Source of the DNA: Camelus dromedarius
Taxonomy: Eukaryota
Length of the DNA stretch: 64,000 nt
Direction: 5' to 3'
NCBI RefSeq assembly: GCF_036321535.1
Contig: NC_087437.1
Coordinates: 60,514,001 to 60,578,000, forward strand
Shown piece by piece: positions 37,562 to 50,030 of this stretch. The notes under the pieces were generated by a model. That model made no database searches and had not been told where the DNA came from. It was given only the letters and a program-made list of their open reading frames with translations. The number at the start of each line of letters is the position of its first letter. Position 1 is the first letter of the stretch. The translations under genes were made by a program, and so were the position numbers.

Positions 37562-40500
37562 CCTTGCACTTACTCTCTCAACCACACACTAAAGCTGCCT
37601 GTCTTCACAAAAAGCCCTAAACACAAATACTTTATCTCATTGTTCCTCAAGTATACTATAGCAACTTCCAGGCTTTAAATGTCTATTTTTGGTTCAGAAA
37701 ATATTAATTATATTACAATGGTATTATAAATGAAAAAGAGATCAAAGGGATAGACTTAAACTTATATTAAATGTATTTTCTCTTTCCCATTGTTTATGTC
37801 TTAAATTTGTGAGGCATTTTATTTCATTTTCATAAGAAAAAGAATCTTTGAGATTGGTGTTACTATTCCTAATCTTCAAATGACTAAAGTCTAGAAAAGC
37901 TGAGAGGTTTGACCAGAGCCCCTTTTCTGAGTTTCAAAGGTTTGATTTAAATCTGAGTTGCAGAGGTAGAGTTTAACCTGTCTTCTCATTTTATTTTCAT
38001 AACTACTTCTGATAATAACCAAAGAGGGGAGAAGTGGAGGCTGAACGGAGAGGTTGTATTGGATTAGTGGCATTTCTTTGCAAGCATATGTCATCTGTTT
38101 AGTATTTTCTGTACCACCTTCCTAGTTATTTTTTTTTTTTTAGTATCTTACTTTCCTTCCTGTATCTTTCTACCCCTTCCTAACTACTTAAAACAACCAG
38201 CTTGCCTTTTTACTCAAAAACTTTTCCTTTTTCTTTTCTAGATCAATCATAATATCCATTCTCTGATAGTTGTTGCTCTCAGGTGTTAAAGCTCTGTGTT
38301 TAATTAATATATTTCATCATAGAGTATTAAGTGAGTTTCATCCTTCATAATTAGGACTGCAAGTTTCAAGGAAATTGGGGGAGGTAAAATTTCTCCCCAT
38401 TCTCTTTCCCCTTGCTTCCATCTTTTTACTTATAGTGTGGGGGTGGAAATAAAGATTAGAAGTTGAAAAGGGGAATAAAATGCAGAAAGTTGGCCATTAA
38501 ACATTGTGTCTGCTCCTATAAGCGTACACATATTATTTAACTTATGGCCAGCTGTTCAAAGACTTCCTAATATATTTCATAACAACAATGTTTAACGGAG
38601 ATTATCTCCCAGGTAACATTTTAGCTCTCTCCAATAGTAGCTTTCCTGAAATGAGAGGTAGTATAATTTCTGGAAAAGGGATGCAAATGACTTAACTGAA
38701 GATAAGAAATGAGATTCTTCCTCCAAAATAAAATATAAAGTAAAGGTACACAGAATGGAGAATATAAAGAAAAGGTACACAGAATGGGTATAAGAATGAA
38801 ACTGTTAGAGCTGAAAGGATGAATTGATTGAAATAAAAGGAAAAGATAGGAATGTTAGCTACGTAAATTAAATGAAAGTTTAAGGGAAACGTTACTTTGA
38901 GGAAAGTATTGAAGTATGTTTGAGACAGACAGACAGATGGTTATAAGGAGTTGTTAATAGTAAGTAAAGACCATAAATATGAAAATCTGAACAGAGTTAA
39001 CAAAATAAGTAAGGCACAAATTTAAGAAATTATCAGGAATTGACTTTAGTTCTCCACTATCTTAAATGTTGAATATCTGAGACTTTAACTGCTTTATGGT
39101 AACTTAGTTACTTCTTAGGAAAGTACATTTTCCACCTCACTATAAAAGATAATGTGACCTTTTTACAGAAAGTTTTTAAATTTCTCAAATGTAGAATATT
39201 TTAAGTCACTAGGACTTTGGTTAATTTGCTTGGCAAAATGGCTGAAAACAACTAATAATGCTATGTGAACTATAATGAACATCTTACCTTTAAATTTTTA
39301 AAATCCAAAAATAAAGAGCTCTTTCCCTTCCACATCCTGATCAATTTTGTATTAAGCCATTAGGTGGAGCATAGCAAGGTAGTTATCTGCATTGCAGGGC
39401 TGAGGAGGTCAGGATTAGTTATGGTGGCCTGTTAGGACTTAACCATGAGGAGGGCTCCTACACAGGTAACTGCCCTGATGTGTGATGAGTTGGAGCCTGG
39501 TCACATAGTACAAGAACATGTGGGATGCCGGGCATCTTTGGAAAATATAATCTGCCACAAGCTATATAAAAGGCTTGACTATATATATATATTCAACATA
39601 TAAACAAAATATAAAACAAAATATTAAGAATAGAACTGGAAATCACACAACTTTAATCATATCAAAAGTTAGCTCACCTTGATTATTAAAAGAAAACAAT
39701 TTTCAGATTTGCTAGTACAGCAAAATCTAACCCTATACAGTATCTTCTTGTAACAAAGAGAGGTTAGAGGTAAAAGAACCATATAGCTATAAAAAAAGAA
39801 TGAGGGACATCTGTATATGCTACTATGGAGTGTTCTTATTATTACTACAGTAAGACTATTACTTTAAATCCTATTAAATAACATAAGCAAGATGGGAAAA
39901 TGTGTATGTTACTGTTTAAGAAGGAGAAGCAATACATACGTGTGTACACATACACACATAATTATAAAGTATATGTATAATTTAAATATACATATATTAA
40001 TATAGAATACATTTATATAAATATTTGCATGTGTATATATGTTTACTTATTAAAAATGGAAGGATAAAGCTTTCTTTAAATGTTTATGAACAGGACAAAG
40101 TGGAGAAGGGAGAGAGGGATAGAAATTAGACTTCTTTTTAATATCCTTATTTTATGAAACAATTGACTTTGGAATTATTTTACCTACCTGTAAAAACAAT
40201 GAAAATTTTTAAAAGCAACCCCTAAAAATTAAAGTTGAAAATAAAAAGGAACAAATGAACCTAGGTGTATATCCAACTGGCAGTATGGCACCTAGGAAGG
40301 AACTATTCCAAGTGACTTTAAAACAGTATTCAACTGTATATCCCTTATAATAGGCCATACTCTAAGGATAAAAAGAACTAGGGAAGATAGTTAACTGTTT
40401 ACAGTAATCATGTCATGGTTATAGCTTTCTTGTTATTTTAAGACTGTTGTGAATGTAATATTGGCTAAAACAAGTAAGTCATCTGTGGTATCTGATTCTG

Positions 40501-41822
40501 TTATCCTCAGTGTCTTGAGAACCAGGATTCTTCATATGCAGGAAAGCATATAAAGATACAAGAATAAGTAAAAACGTAATGGTCCTAATTTTTAATTAAA
40601 GAACCAGTATAAACTTATGGTTCACTTCTTGTTTTCATCTTTATCTTCATCCATCAGTCAATCTGTATCATAGATATGTCCATACAAACAAAAAACTTGA
40701 CATGAGTTGATAATTGTTGAATTATAATGGATATAGCTATACTAGTCAGTCTCTTAATGTTTATACTTTAAATTTTCTATTACATTTTAAAGGGCAATAA
40801 AAGGAGATTTTATTACATATTAATGTGAGCATTTAAATGTTTCTGAATTTTTTGATGAATTGTTGCTTCAGTTAATCTCAGTAGCCATAAAACAAACTTG
40901 ATGACTATGATGAAAGCAAGAGTAACTCAACAACATAAACATCTAAGTAAGCATGCTTACTCTTACTCTGTCTTTTTAAACTATACAAACTCCAGACAAG
41001 TTATTTGCTCTTGCTATAGGATTGGCTTTATTTTAAAAAATCTGGTAGAATCTGACTTGTCTATAAGACAGTTATTTATTGTAAATAGAGAAAATTATAT
41101 AAGTATATGTAACCATGTAATTGCAATATTTTTGAAAAAGTGCTTAAAGATTTTATGTATGAGTTTAAAATAGTCCATATTCAGAATCACATTTGTTTTT
41201 CTATAAAAGGTATCTTAAATAAAGTGTTTATTCCTTCAGATTGCTTTTTTGTGTGTCTTTGAAAATTTATAAATTATAAAATGAATTGAAATAAATTTGA
41301 TTTTATTTATTAGTTTTTTTAAGACATATTTCTCCCATATTATTTTACCCTGCACAAGGGTAAAATCTGAGGATATAAGATCAGCTAATTTCTTAACAGG
41401 GAAAAAGTCAGTAAGCAAAGTGTCTAGTATAAATTACTATAGGATTCTTTTTTTTAAAGTATAAAAATTAGAACACATCCTGATTTTCACTTTTCAAAAC
41501 TTACAGTTAAATTCAACAATAAAGTAAGATTGATACTGCTATTTGATGCACGGAAGTTGTCTTTTAACTTATTAAATGTCATAGGAAATTTAAAATAGCA
41601 TATGAGAAAATTCTGTTTTCAGTCAATTCTTAATCATGGTACATTAAGATTAATTTTTGATATTTGCATATTGGGCAAAATCTTGTGTAGACTACTCTTT
41701 TAAGGTTCTGACTACATTTAACCAATTATAAGACAGCCTACATATATAATACTTTTATCTTCAAGTGACTTATATTTTTAGAAAATAAAGTATAAATTTA
41801 TTTCTCTTTTTTCTTCCATCAG

Positions 41823-41937
41823 AATACAGTCGTTTTGAAGCCAAAATACATGACTTACGGGAACAGATGATGAATAGTAGCATTAGTTCAGGATCAGGTT
41901 CTCTTCGAACTAGCCAGAAGCGATCCCTCTATGTCAG
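41823..41937 (+). CDS. DLG1: DLG1 exon, PDZ3-SH3 linker ((E)[37 protein letters not shown](R))
   Basis: Pyrimidine tract plus catcag|AA acceptor, CAG|gtaaat donor, 115 nt, phase 1 to 2. Confidence 0.97.
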
Positions 41938-42592
41938 GTAAATTTTTTTATTTCTAGTTATAGCAGTCTTTATTTATGCATGCAAATTCTTCCCGGTTTT
42001 TCAGTATGACTTAGTTTTACTATAGAAAAGTGTATTGCAAACCATGGAAATGTTTCTTTATGACTGATTTCCTGATAATCTATCTTTCAGGAATAGTATT
42101 ATAATTTTATCAATGAGAGTTATATTACCTCTTGAATAATTACAATATAGTAAAGAAAGACAAAATAAATATGGGCCAAAAATTTTTTTAAGTTGATATT
42201 TTACTGAGTGGCTAGTATAGTTTGATGTGTCCTATCATCCAGCACTTCTATTTACCTGTTTCCTTTTATAATAAAATATTCTCCATTTGAGTAACATTTA
42301 ATTACTACAGTAATTTCCCCCAGTTCTTCTGTTTTCACTGCTCTAAGTTATCTCTACCTACATGGATACCGTACACTTTAATTTGTAAGCATTTCTAGGG
42401 TCTTGTGGAGTAAATCTTACTTCAGTATCCCTCTCTTCAGGCACCCCATTTAGAGCTTCCTTTGCTCTGCCAGATTTATTTACCATCATCCAAAAACATG
42501 TTTAAACTCTCTTTTCTCCTGTTGCCATCTCTTTTTTGTATTTGTCTTTTTTGTTGTTGTTATTTTATGAGTTTCAGGATGGAAAAGAAATG

Positions 42593-45034
42593 CAAGAATT
42601 ACCTCAGAGATGTTTCAGGTTCAGTTCCACACCACTACAACATGGTGAATAGCACAATAAAGCAAGACACACATTTTTTGGTTTCCCAGTGCATAAAAGG
42701 TTATATTTAACACTGTACTATAGTCTACTGAGTGTACAATAATAGCATTATGTCTTAAAAAAATACATACCTCAATTTAAAAAATACTTTATAGCTAAAA
42801 AATGCTAACCATCATCTGAGCCTTCAGTGAGTCATAATCTTTTGCTAATGGAAGATCCTGCCTCCATGTTGATGACTGCTGACTGATCAGGGAGCTGGAG
42901 GTTTGGGGTGGCTGTGGCAATTTCTTAAAGTTTAAGACAACAATGAAGTTTGCCACATTAATTAAAATCTTCCTTTCATTTGTGATTTCTTTGAAGCATA
43001 TAATGCTATATGATAGCATTTTACCCTCGGTAGAACTTCTTTCAAAATTGCAGTCAGTCCTCTGAAACCCTGCCACTGCTTTATCAGCTAAGTTGACATA
43101 ATATTTTATATCCCTTTTCATTTCAATAATCTTCATAGCATCTTCACCAAGAGTAGATTCTATCTCAAGAAACTGCTTTCTTTGCTCATCCAGAAGAAAC
43201 AGCTCCTCACCTGTTGAGAAGTTTGAACATCTGTTCAAGTTTTGTTGTGAGATTGCAGCAGTTCAGTCACATCTTTAGGCTCCACTTCTGGTTCTCGGGC
43301 TATTTCTACCACATCTGTAGTTATTTCCTCTGCTGAAGTCTTCAACCCCTCAAAGTCACTCATTAGGCTTAGAATCAACTTTTTCCAAACTCCAATTAAT
43401 ACTGATATTTTGACCTCAACCAATGAATCACAAATGTTAATGACATCTAGAGTGGTGAATCCTTTCCAGAAGGTTTTCAGTTTACTTTGCCCAACACCCT
43501 CAGAGGAATCACTATCTATGGCAGTTTTAACCTTACAAAATGTGTTTCTTAACTAATAAGTCTTGGAAGTCAAAATTAGTCCTCGATCCGTGGGCTACAG
43601 AGTGGATATTGTGTTAGCAGGCATGTAAACAGCATTAACTTCATTGTATGTTTCCATCAAAACTTTTGGGTGACCAAGTACATCGTCAATAAGCAATAGT
43701 AATATTTTGAAAGAAATCTTTTTTTTTTTTTTGAGCAGTAGGTCTCAACAGTGTGCTTTTAAAATATTCTGTAAACCATGTTGTAACCAGAGTGTGCTTG
43801 CATCCAGGCTTTGTTGTTCCATTTCTAGAGCACAGACAGAGTAAATTCAGCATAATTCTTAAGCACCCTAGGATTTTCAGAATGGTAAATGAGCATTGGC
43901 TTAACTTATATTCACCAGCTGCATTAACCCCTAACAAGGGAGTCAACCTGCCCTTTGAAGCTTTGAAGCTAGGCACTGACTTCTCTCTAGCTATGAAAAT
44001 TCTAAGTGTATCTTCTTGCAACATAAGGCTGTCCCATCTACACTGAAAATCTGTTGCTCAATGTAACCAACTTCATTACTTAGCCTAGATCTTCTGGATA
44101 ACTTACTGCAACTTGTACATCACTACTTGCTGCTTTACCGTGTACTTTTATTTTATAGAGGTGACTTCTTGCTTTATTTAAATATTATGAACCAACCTCC
44201 GCTAGTTTCAAACTTTTCTTCTGCAGCTTCCTCACCTCTCTCAGCCTTCATAGAATTAAAAAGAGTTTGAGCCTTGCTTTGGGTTACACTTTGGCTTAAG
44301 GGAATGTTATGGCTGGTTTGATCTGTTCAAACCATTAAAACTGTCTGCGTATCTGCAATAAGGCTATTTCACTTTCTTATCATTCATGTGTTCACTCAAG
44401 TAGCACTTTCAGTTTTTTTCAACTTGGCTAACTGGTGCAAGAGGCCTAGCTTTTGGCGTGTCTTTGCTTACAACGAGCCTTCCTCACTAAGCTTAATCTT
44501 TTCTAGCTGATTTAGAGTGCCATAAGACTCTTTCTTTCACATGAACACTTAGAGGCTATTGTAGGGCTATTAATTGGCCTGATTTCAATATTGTGTGTCA
44601 GGGAATACAGAGGCCCAAGGAAAGGGACGGAGATCAGGGAAGGGCCAATTGGCAGAGCAGTCAGAACACACAGCATTTATCAGTTAAGTTCATCATCTTA
44701 TAAGAGCACGATTCGTGATGCCCTAAAACAGTTACAGTAGTAACATCAAAGATCACAGATCACCATAATAAATATAATAATAATGAAAAAGTTTGAAATA
44801 ATGAGAAGTTCGGTAATTGGGAGAATTACCAAAATGTGACACACAGACATGAAGTTAGCAAATGCTGTTGGAAAAATGATGCCAGTAGACTTGGGGTTAC
44901 AACAGGGTTGTGCCAACACAATGCAGGGTGGCCACAAAACCTTCAATTTGTTTTAAAAAAAAAAACAACCCAACACACACACAGTATCTTCCAAGTGCAG
45001 TAAAGAAAAGCACAAATAAACTGAGGTATGCCTG
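42593..45034 (-). mobile_element. Near-full-length Tigger1 (pogo-like) DNA transposon with a disrupted transposase
   Basis: ~2.44 kb; TIR gaggtatgcctg+TA; transposase fragments in ORFs 43686..44024, 43235..43423 and 42795..43238 (FIAREKSVPSFKASKGRLTPLLGVNAAG). Confidence 0.93.
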
Positions 45035-46964
45035 TAGACACATGTAGCCAATCTGCCGTAGTTAACCAGATGTCTTAATGATTCTTGTTAGAAGATGTAG
45101 TTTTAATTTCAAAAAAAAAAGTTAAGGCCACGAAAGATTACATACAGTATGATACCTTTTTATAAAGCTCTGTAACTAGTAAAATCATATATAATTACTT
45201 AGTCATCTGTATTTGTGTGATAAAGCCAAACCAAACCAAAAACGGGTAAGGATCGAGGAAGTAATAAACACTGTTCAAAATTATGGTTACCTTCTAATAG
45301 TGCTTAACTCCTAATGTGAGGGAAGTAGGATCAAGGGGAGAAATACATAGGTAATGTGAGTTATTGATAAGTTTTGTGTATAGTCTTAGGTTGGATACTA
45401 GATTAACAGGTGTTCATTGTATTCTTGTGATTCATAACTCGTAAGTATTCCATGAGTTCCTGTTTTAAATGTATCAAAGTATTAAAAGACAAAGCTTAAA
45501 TGCTAACATAAGGAGTAGAGGTTATGAGTGATTTCTCCATTGCTTATCAGTAATATAGTTGTATTGCTTTTGTAATTCATAAGGTTAATTTATGATAATA
45601 AAAATGTTAAGATATAGTATTTTCCCTTTTCTGAATGTCTTTGGCATTTGTTCTATCTCTTCAGGTATTTGATTTGCTATTTTATATTATGTTTATTTGT
45701 ATCCTCATCATCTTTGTCATCTTTATCTTTGCCATATCTATTTCATTACTTTTTAAAATAAATATTTAGTAAATTACTGACTATATCAAACCTTTGTGTT
45801 TTAATCTTTCCAGTAGAAAGATGCTTCCTTAGTATTCAGAATTTATTGAAGTAATGACATAGCATTTATATGATTTACAATCTTTATTTTACAGCTGTAG
45901 AATTCTGCAAATAAAATCCAGTGTATTGTGTACTTTTTAATATATGTTTAAGTAAGCCTTCCCACTTTTGATTGTCACCTACTTCCTTCACACTGTTAGC
46001 TACTGAAATACTTGAAAGAACACATCTGAAAACCAGTAACCAGTTCATTCATTTAGCCGTCGAGTAAATTCACCCCTCTTCAGTTTTAAGAGATAGGTTC
46101 ATAAAAGTTGGGTGGCGTGAAAAGGAATATGATTTGTATCCTAATTCCTCATTGCCAAATTCGAAAAAAAGAATGAATAAATTGTATTATAATGTAATTG
46201 CTGAGATCCTTCCTGTATTCTTGAGAGAGGTTTTTTGAATGTAAGAATTTAATTTGTTTAAGTATTGTATACTAATTAATCAAGTAGTAGGATACTATTG
46301 TTATAAAAATTTTAAATATGCCCAACATTTCTCAATTACTACATTAAATTAATACAGTATTTTTTCCAAAATATTTGGGAGCTGTTAAAGTCATCATAGT
46401 CATCTGTAGTTAGTTTTCATTGTCATAGACTCTGAAAACTCTGTTAACTCTAGTTTTATGAACAAATGAATAATTAACTGGGAGAATAATCACTCTGTTG
46501 ATCTAGTCTTACATTTCACAAATGATGAATTAGATCGATCAGGGAATTTGTTTTCCCAAGTGTGTCTAGCCAAAACAAAGAGAATTCTCTTTTAATATTT
46601 ACTTTATTAATTTAGACCTTTACAGATTTGTCTTCATTTTAGAATTCAATACAGGTTGCCTTTGGATTGTACTAAAAGTATTTTTTTAATTGCTCATATA
46701 ATATTGAGAGAAATAAAGTAATATGTATATAATAAACTATTACCATAACAAGTTAATTTTGCTGTTTCTTTTTTTTTTTTTTTTTTTTTTTGGTCTCATT
46801 GTCTTCTTGTATATAGTACAAAATTGAGCTGGGCATTATTTTGCCTAGTATGGTATATTGTTTAATTATCTACCTAGATTACATATATTTGCAGAATCCT
46901 GTTTATTTAATATTTATAATATCATTATAACAAATAATTATAAATTTTTTTCTTCTTGACCAAG

Positions 46965-47141
46965 AGCCCTTTTTGATTATGACAAGACTAAAGACAGTGG
47001 CCTTCCTAGTCAAGGACTGAACTTCAAATTTGGAGATATCCTCCATGTTATTAATGCTTCTGATGATGAGTGGTGGCAAGCCAGGCAGGTTACACCAGAT
47101 GGTGAGAGTGATGAAGTTGGGGTGATTCCCAGTAAACGCAG
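46965..47141 (+). CDS. DLG1: DLG1 exon, SH3 domain ([58 protein letters not shown])
   Basis: ccaag|A acceptor, CAG|gtaaat donor, 177 nt, ALFDY and WW SH3 motifs. Confidence 0.97.
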
Positions 47142-47674
47142 GTAAATATGTCTGTTACAGTCTTACCACTTGAAAATTGGACAGCATAAACAAATAATTG
47201 CTGTTTCTTTACATTTCTTTTACTGAAATGATTTTATGCTTGATTTTTCCCATTGTGTTTCACAACTGTTTAATTTTATTCACCTTATATTGTAACCAGT
47301 GACATAATAAGAAAATATTATGCCCCCAAATAGAAATTTCTCTAAAGCTCCTGCTAGTTGCTTTAAACAAAATAAGTATATTTTAAGCCACTGTGCCATG
47401 AATCTATACCAGTGGAGGGAGAGAGAATTAAAAGCCTCTGTAGTTTTCCCATGTAGATGGTGATAAACCTAATTTCTCAGGGGTTTTGATTGTGTGAATT
47501 GCCTTTTCTAGACTTAAAAAAATGAAAACATTTTAAATAAATGCAAAAGTTTCAGAAATATCTAATATACTTCACTTCTCTTTTTTTCTTGCTTGATTTA
47601 GAAGTATCCATGCATTCACTGGTCTTTCCTTTTTGCTTTTAACTATTTATTGTAGTGATTCACTGGGTGCATAT

Positions 47675-47706
47675 TTACCACCTAGTGGCAAAAGTGGTTG
47701 AATGCA
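47675..47706 (-). promoter_or_regulatory. Candidate CTCF site (core CCACTAGGTGGT with upstream TGCA module)
   Basis: Minus strand reads tgcattcaaccacttttgccactaggtggtaa; motif match only. Confidence 0.4.
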
Positions 47707-49960
47707 TATTGTCTTTGAAAAGGGTGATCCCAACTTAGAGAACCCCCTCTAAGGTCAATGAAATGCTGTTGAATGTCTCTGCTTTTGTGGGAAAGGTTTT
47801 AAAACATCAGTTCATAATTCCCCCAGAAGAGCTTATTTATGAGACCTGATTCATCCATATCATTGCCTAAAACTTATTTTAAGATAGCCAGTAAAAATTG
47901 TCAATGAGACATAAATGTTTATTGTAGCTGGTTAATTCACTTCAAGTCAAGCTTATACTGTAGTAAATTTGTTCTTATTAATGAGTTGGACTTGTTTTGT
48001 TGAGAGTCTCTAAAAGTGATACTTATGACGAATCATATACCCACTTACAGACCTCTATCTATATATGCATTTGTATATGTGTAGACATTAAAGAGTAGAA
48101 ATGGTAAAATATTGCCAAGATTTGTCATTGTGGTTTTGGAATTTATGACTGTTGTTGGCTAGATACATATTTTTTGCAAGATCCAGCTGTTTGGCTAGAT
48201 CTTATATTTGGTGGCAACTCCTCTTTTTTAGCAGTGCAGCCCTCAGCATAAGTTTTTTCCTGAAATAGAACATAGTATGCTTTAAATTCAGAAATGCTTC
48301 CTCTGTGCCTTGTTGAGTTAGTAGAAACCTCACATCTTAATATCAAGGTCAGAGTTCCTAAAAATTGTCTATCCGTTGGAGCCTTATATCTTGCAAAGGC
48401 TTTACATTCACCTGCAACAAATGAGAAATATAGCTGACTTTGATGGAAAGAGAAATTTTTCATTTTGTATAAAAGTTCTATAAGGTTGGATTTTTGAAGC
48501 CAGAAGTGATAAAAGAGATATACCTTGAGATCTCTACAAATCTCCAAATTCATGAATAATATTATAGAATACAGTTTTTCTCTCATAAAATACTATATAA
48601 AACCACAACTAATTATGCCATTTCATTTCTTCAGTGTATTCAAAACTCATATTTTCTTAAATAGAACTATATCTTTCTTAGACCTCTTTATGTCTAATAA
48701 TAGCACAAGGAATTACAGTTCCTACAATTCTTAGCTTTCTTTCAGTAACAGTATTGACAGATAAACACAGTTGAAGTCACTCACCTATTTAGTGAACAAG
48801 ATAATGATTAGGAAACAAAGCCAGTTTCAGTCATATATATTCACTCACTAAATGTTAGTTTTGCAATGCCCTCGGTAAGTGCCTAGGCAAAATTATAAAT
48901 TAATTATTCATGTCCTGGACCCTCAGGATTGCTCTGGAATAGTAAAAACCCAAGTTTTAAATTCATGACTGCTAAGGTTCTTCTGTACCCATGGTAAAAC
49001 TATATAGCTAGGTAATAAAGAAAAAAATAAGGAATATGCATTTATTCATGGGCTGTTTTTTCTATTTCATACTAACATAATTGCTGTATTAAAATCAAGG
49101 ATTTATAAAGCTTAATTTACATGAAATTTTGTAAGATTCATATTGATTGGTGTTACAATCTACACAAAAGATTTTTGTTGTAGTTCTGTTTGCTTGCTTA
49201 TTTTGAAGGTAACACTTTTAACAAAGTTTAAAATTCAAAAAATCTAAAAGCTATACAGGCTCCCTCTTAACCCTGTTCCCCAAGCATCCGTTTCACCTTC
49301 TTAAGGATAACTGAGGTTACCTGTTCTTCTGTATTCTTCCAAAGATACTTTAAAACTCTATTTTATACACTATAATTGGTTACTTTATGTATTTACACAA
49401 ATAGTATCATTGGAGTAAGCTTAATTTTTTTCCTTTTTATTTTTAAAAACTTTAGAGCTACAGAAAAAATAAGTATAAGAGAAATTCAAGAATATAGTCT
49501 GTGGAACACCCACATACCCTTTACCTACTTTCATCAGTTGTTAACATTTTAACCCATTTGCTTTCTCTCTCTTAACAATTTTTTTCTCTCAACAATTTTT
49601 AACATAGATGTCCATGCTAAGATAATATTTAAACAGCAAAACAAGTGGAAAATGTGAAAAATTGCTTAACTCAGAAGTGGTGCCTCATAATAATTTCAAG
49701 TATAATTATGGAATTCAGTGCATACAGAAGCACACATATATGTATTGTATTTTGATACTTCACAAGTAGTTTTGTTTCATAATAAAATGAGCCCTGCATT
49801 TCATTTTTCAGAAATTATTAGTTGAGGGATGCAAACGTAAATGGCTTCTAAAGGCTTTAGAATATAAAAATGCTCTATATTCAAATATCAGTTTTGATAA
49901 TTTCTAATTAGACCTTTAGATATGTTTGGTGTACTTAAAAAATCATCTTTGCATTGCCAG

Positions 49961-50030
49961 AGTTGAAAAGAAAGAACGAGCCCGATTAAAAACAGTGAAA
50001 TTTAATTCTAAAGCAAGAGGAGATAAAGGG
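49961..50030 (+). CDS. DLG1: DLG1 exon, start of HOOK region ([23 protein letters not shown])
   Basis: tgccag|A acceptor, GGG|gtgagt donor, 70 nt, phase 2 to 0. Confidence 0.96.

Larger units (their letters stand above)
36850..37600 (-). mobile_element. MIR SINE interrupted by a Vic-1-like SINE and a solo LTR
   Basis: tgtgccaggca..aaggcagagaaaggttaagtaacttgcc..acacagctggcaagtgg core. Confidence 0.75.

Noticed and set aside
42795..44024. Domesticated TIGD-like transposase gene
   Set aside because: It is fragmented over several frames with stops and lies between transposon ends; a fossil Tigger1.
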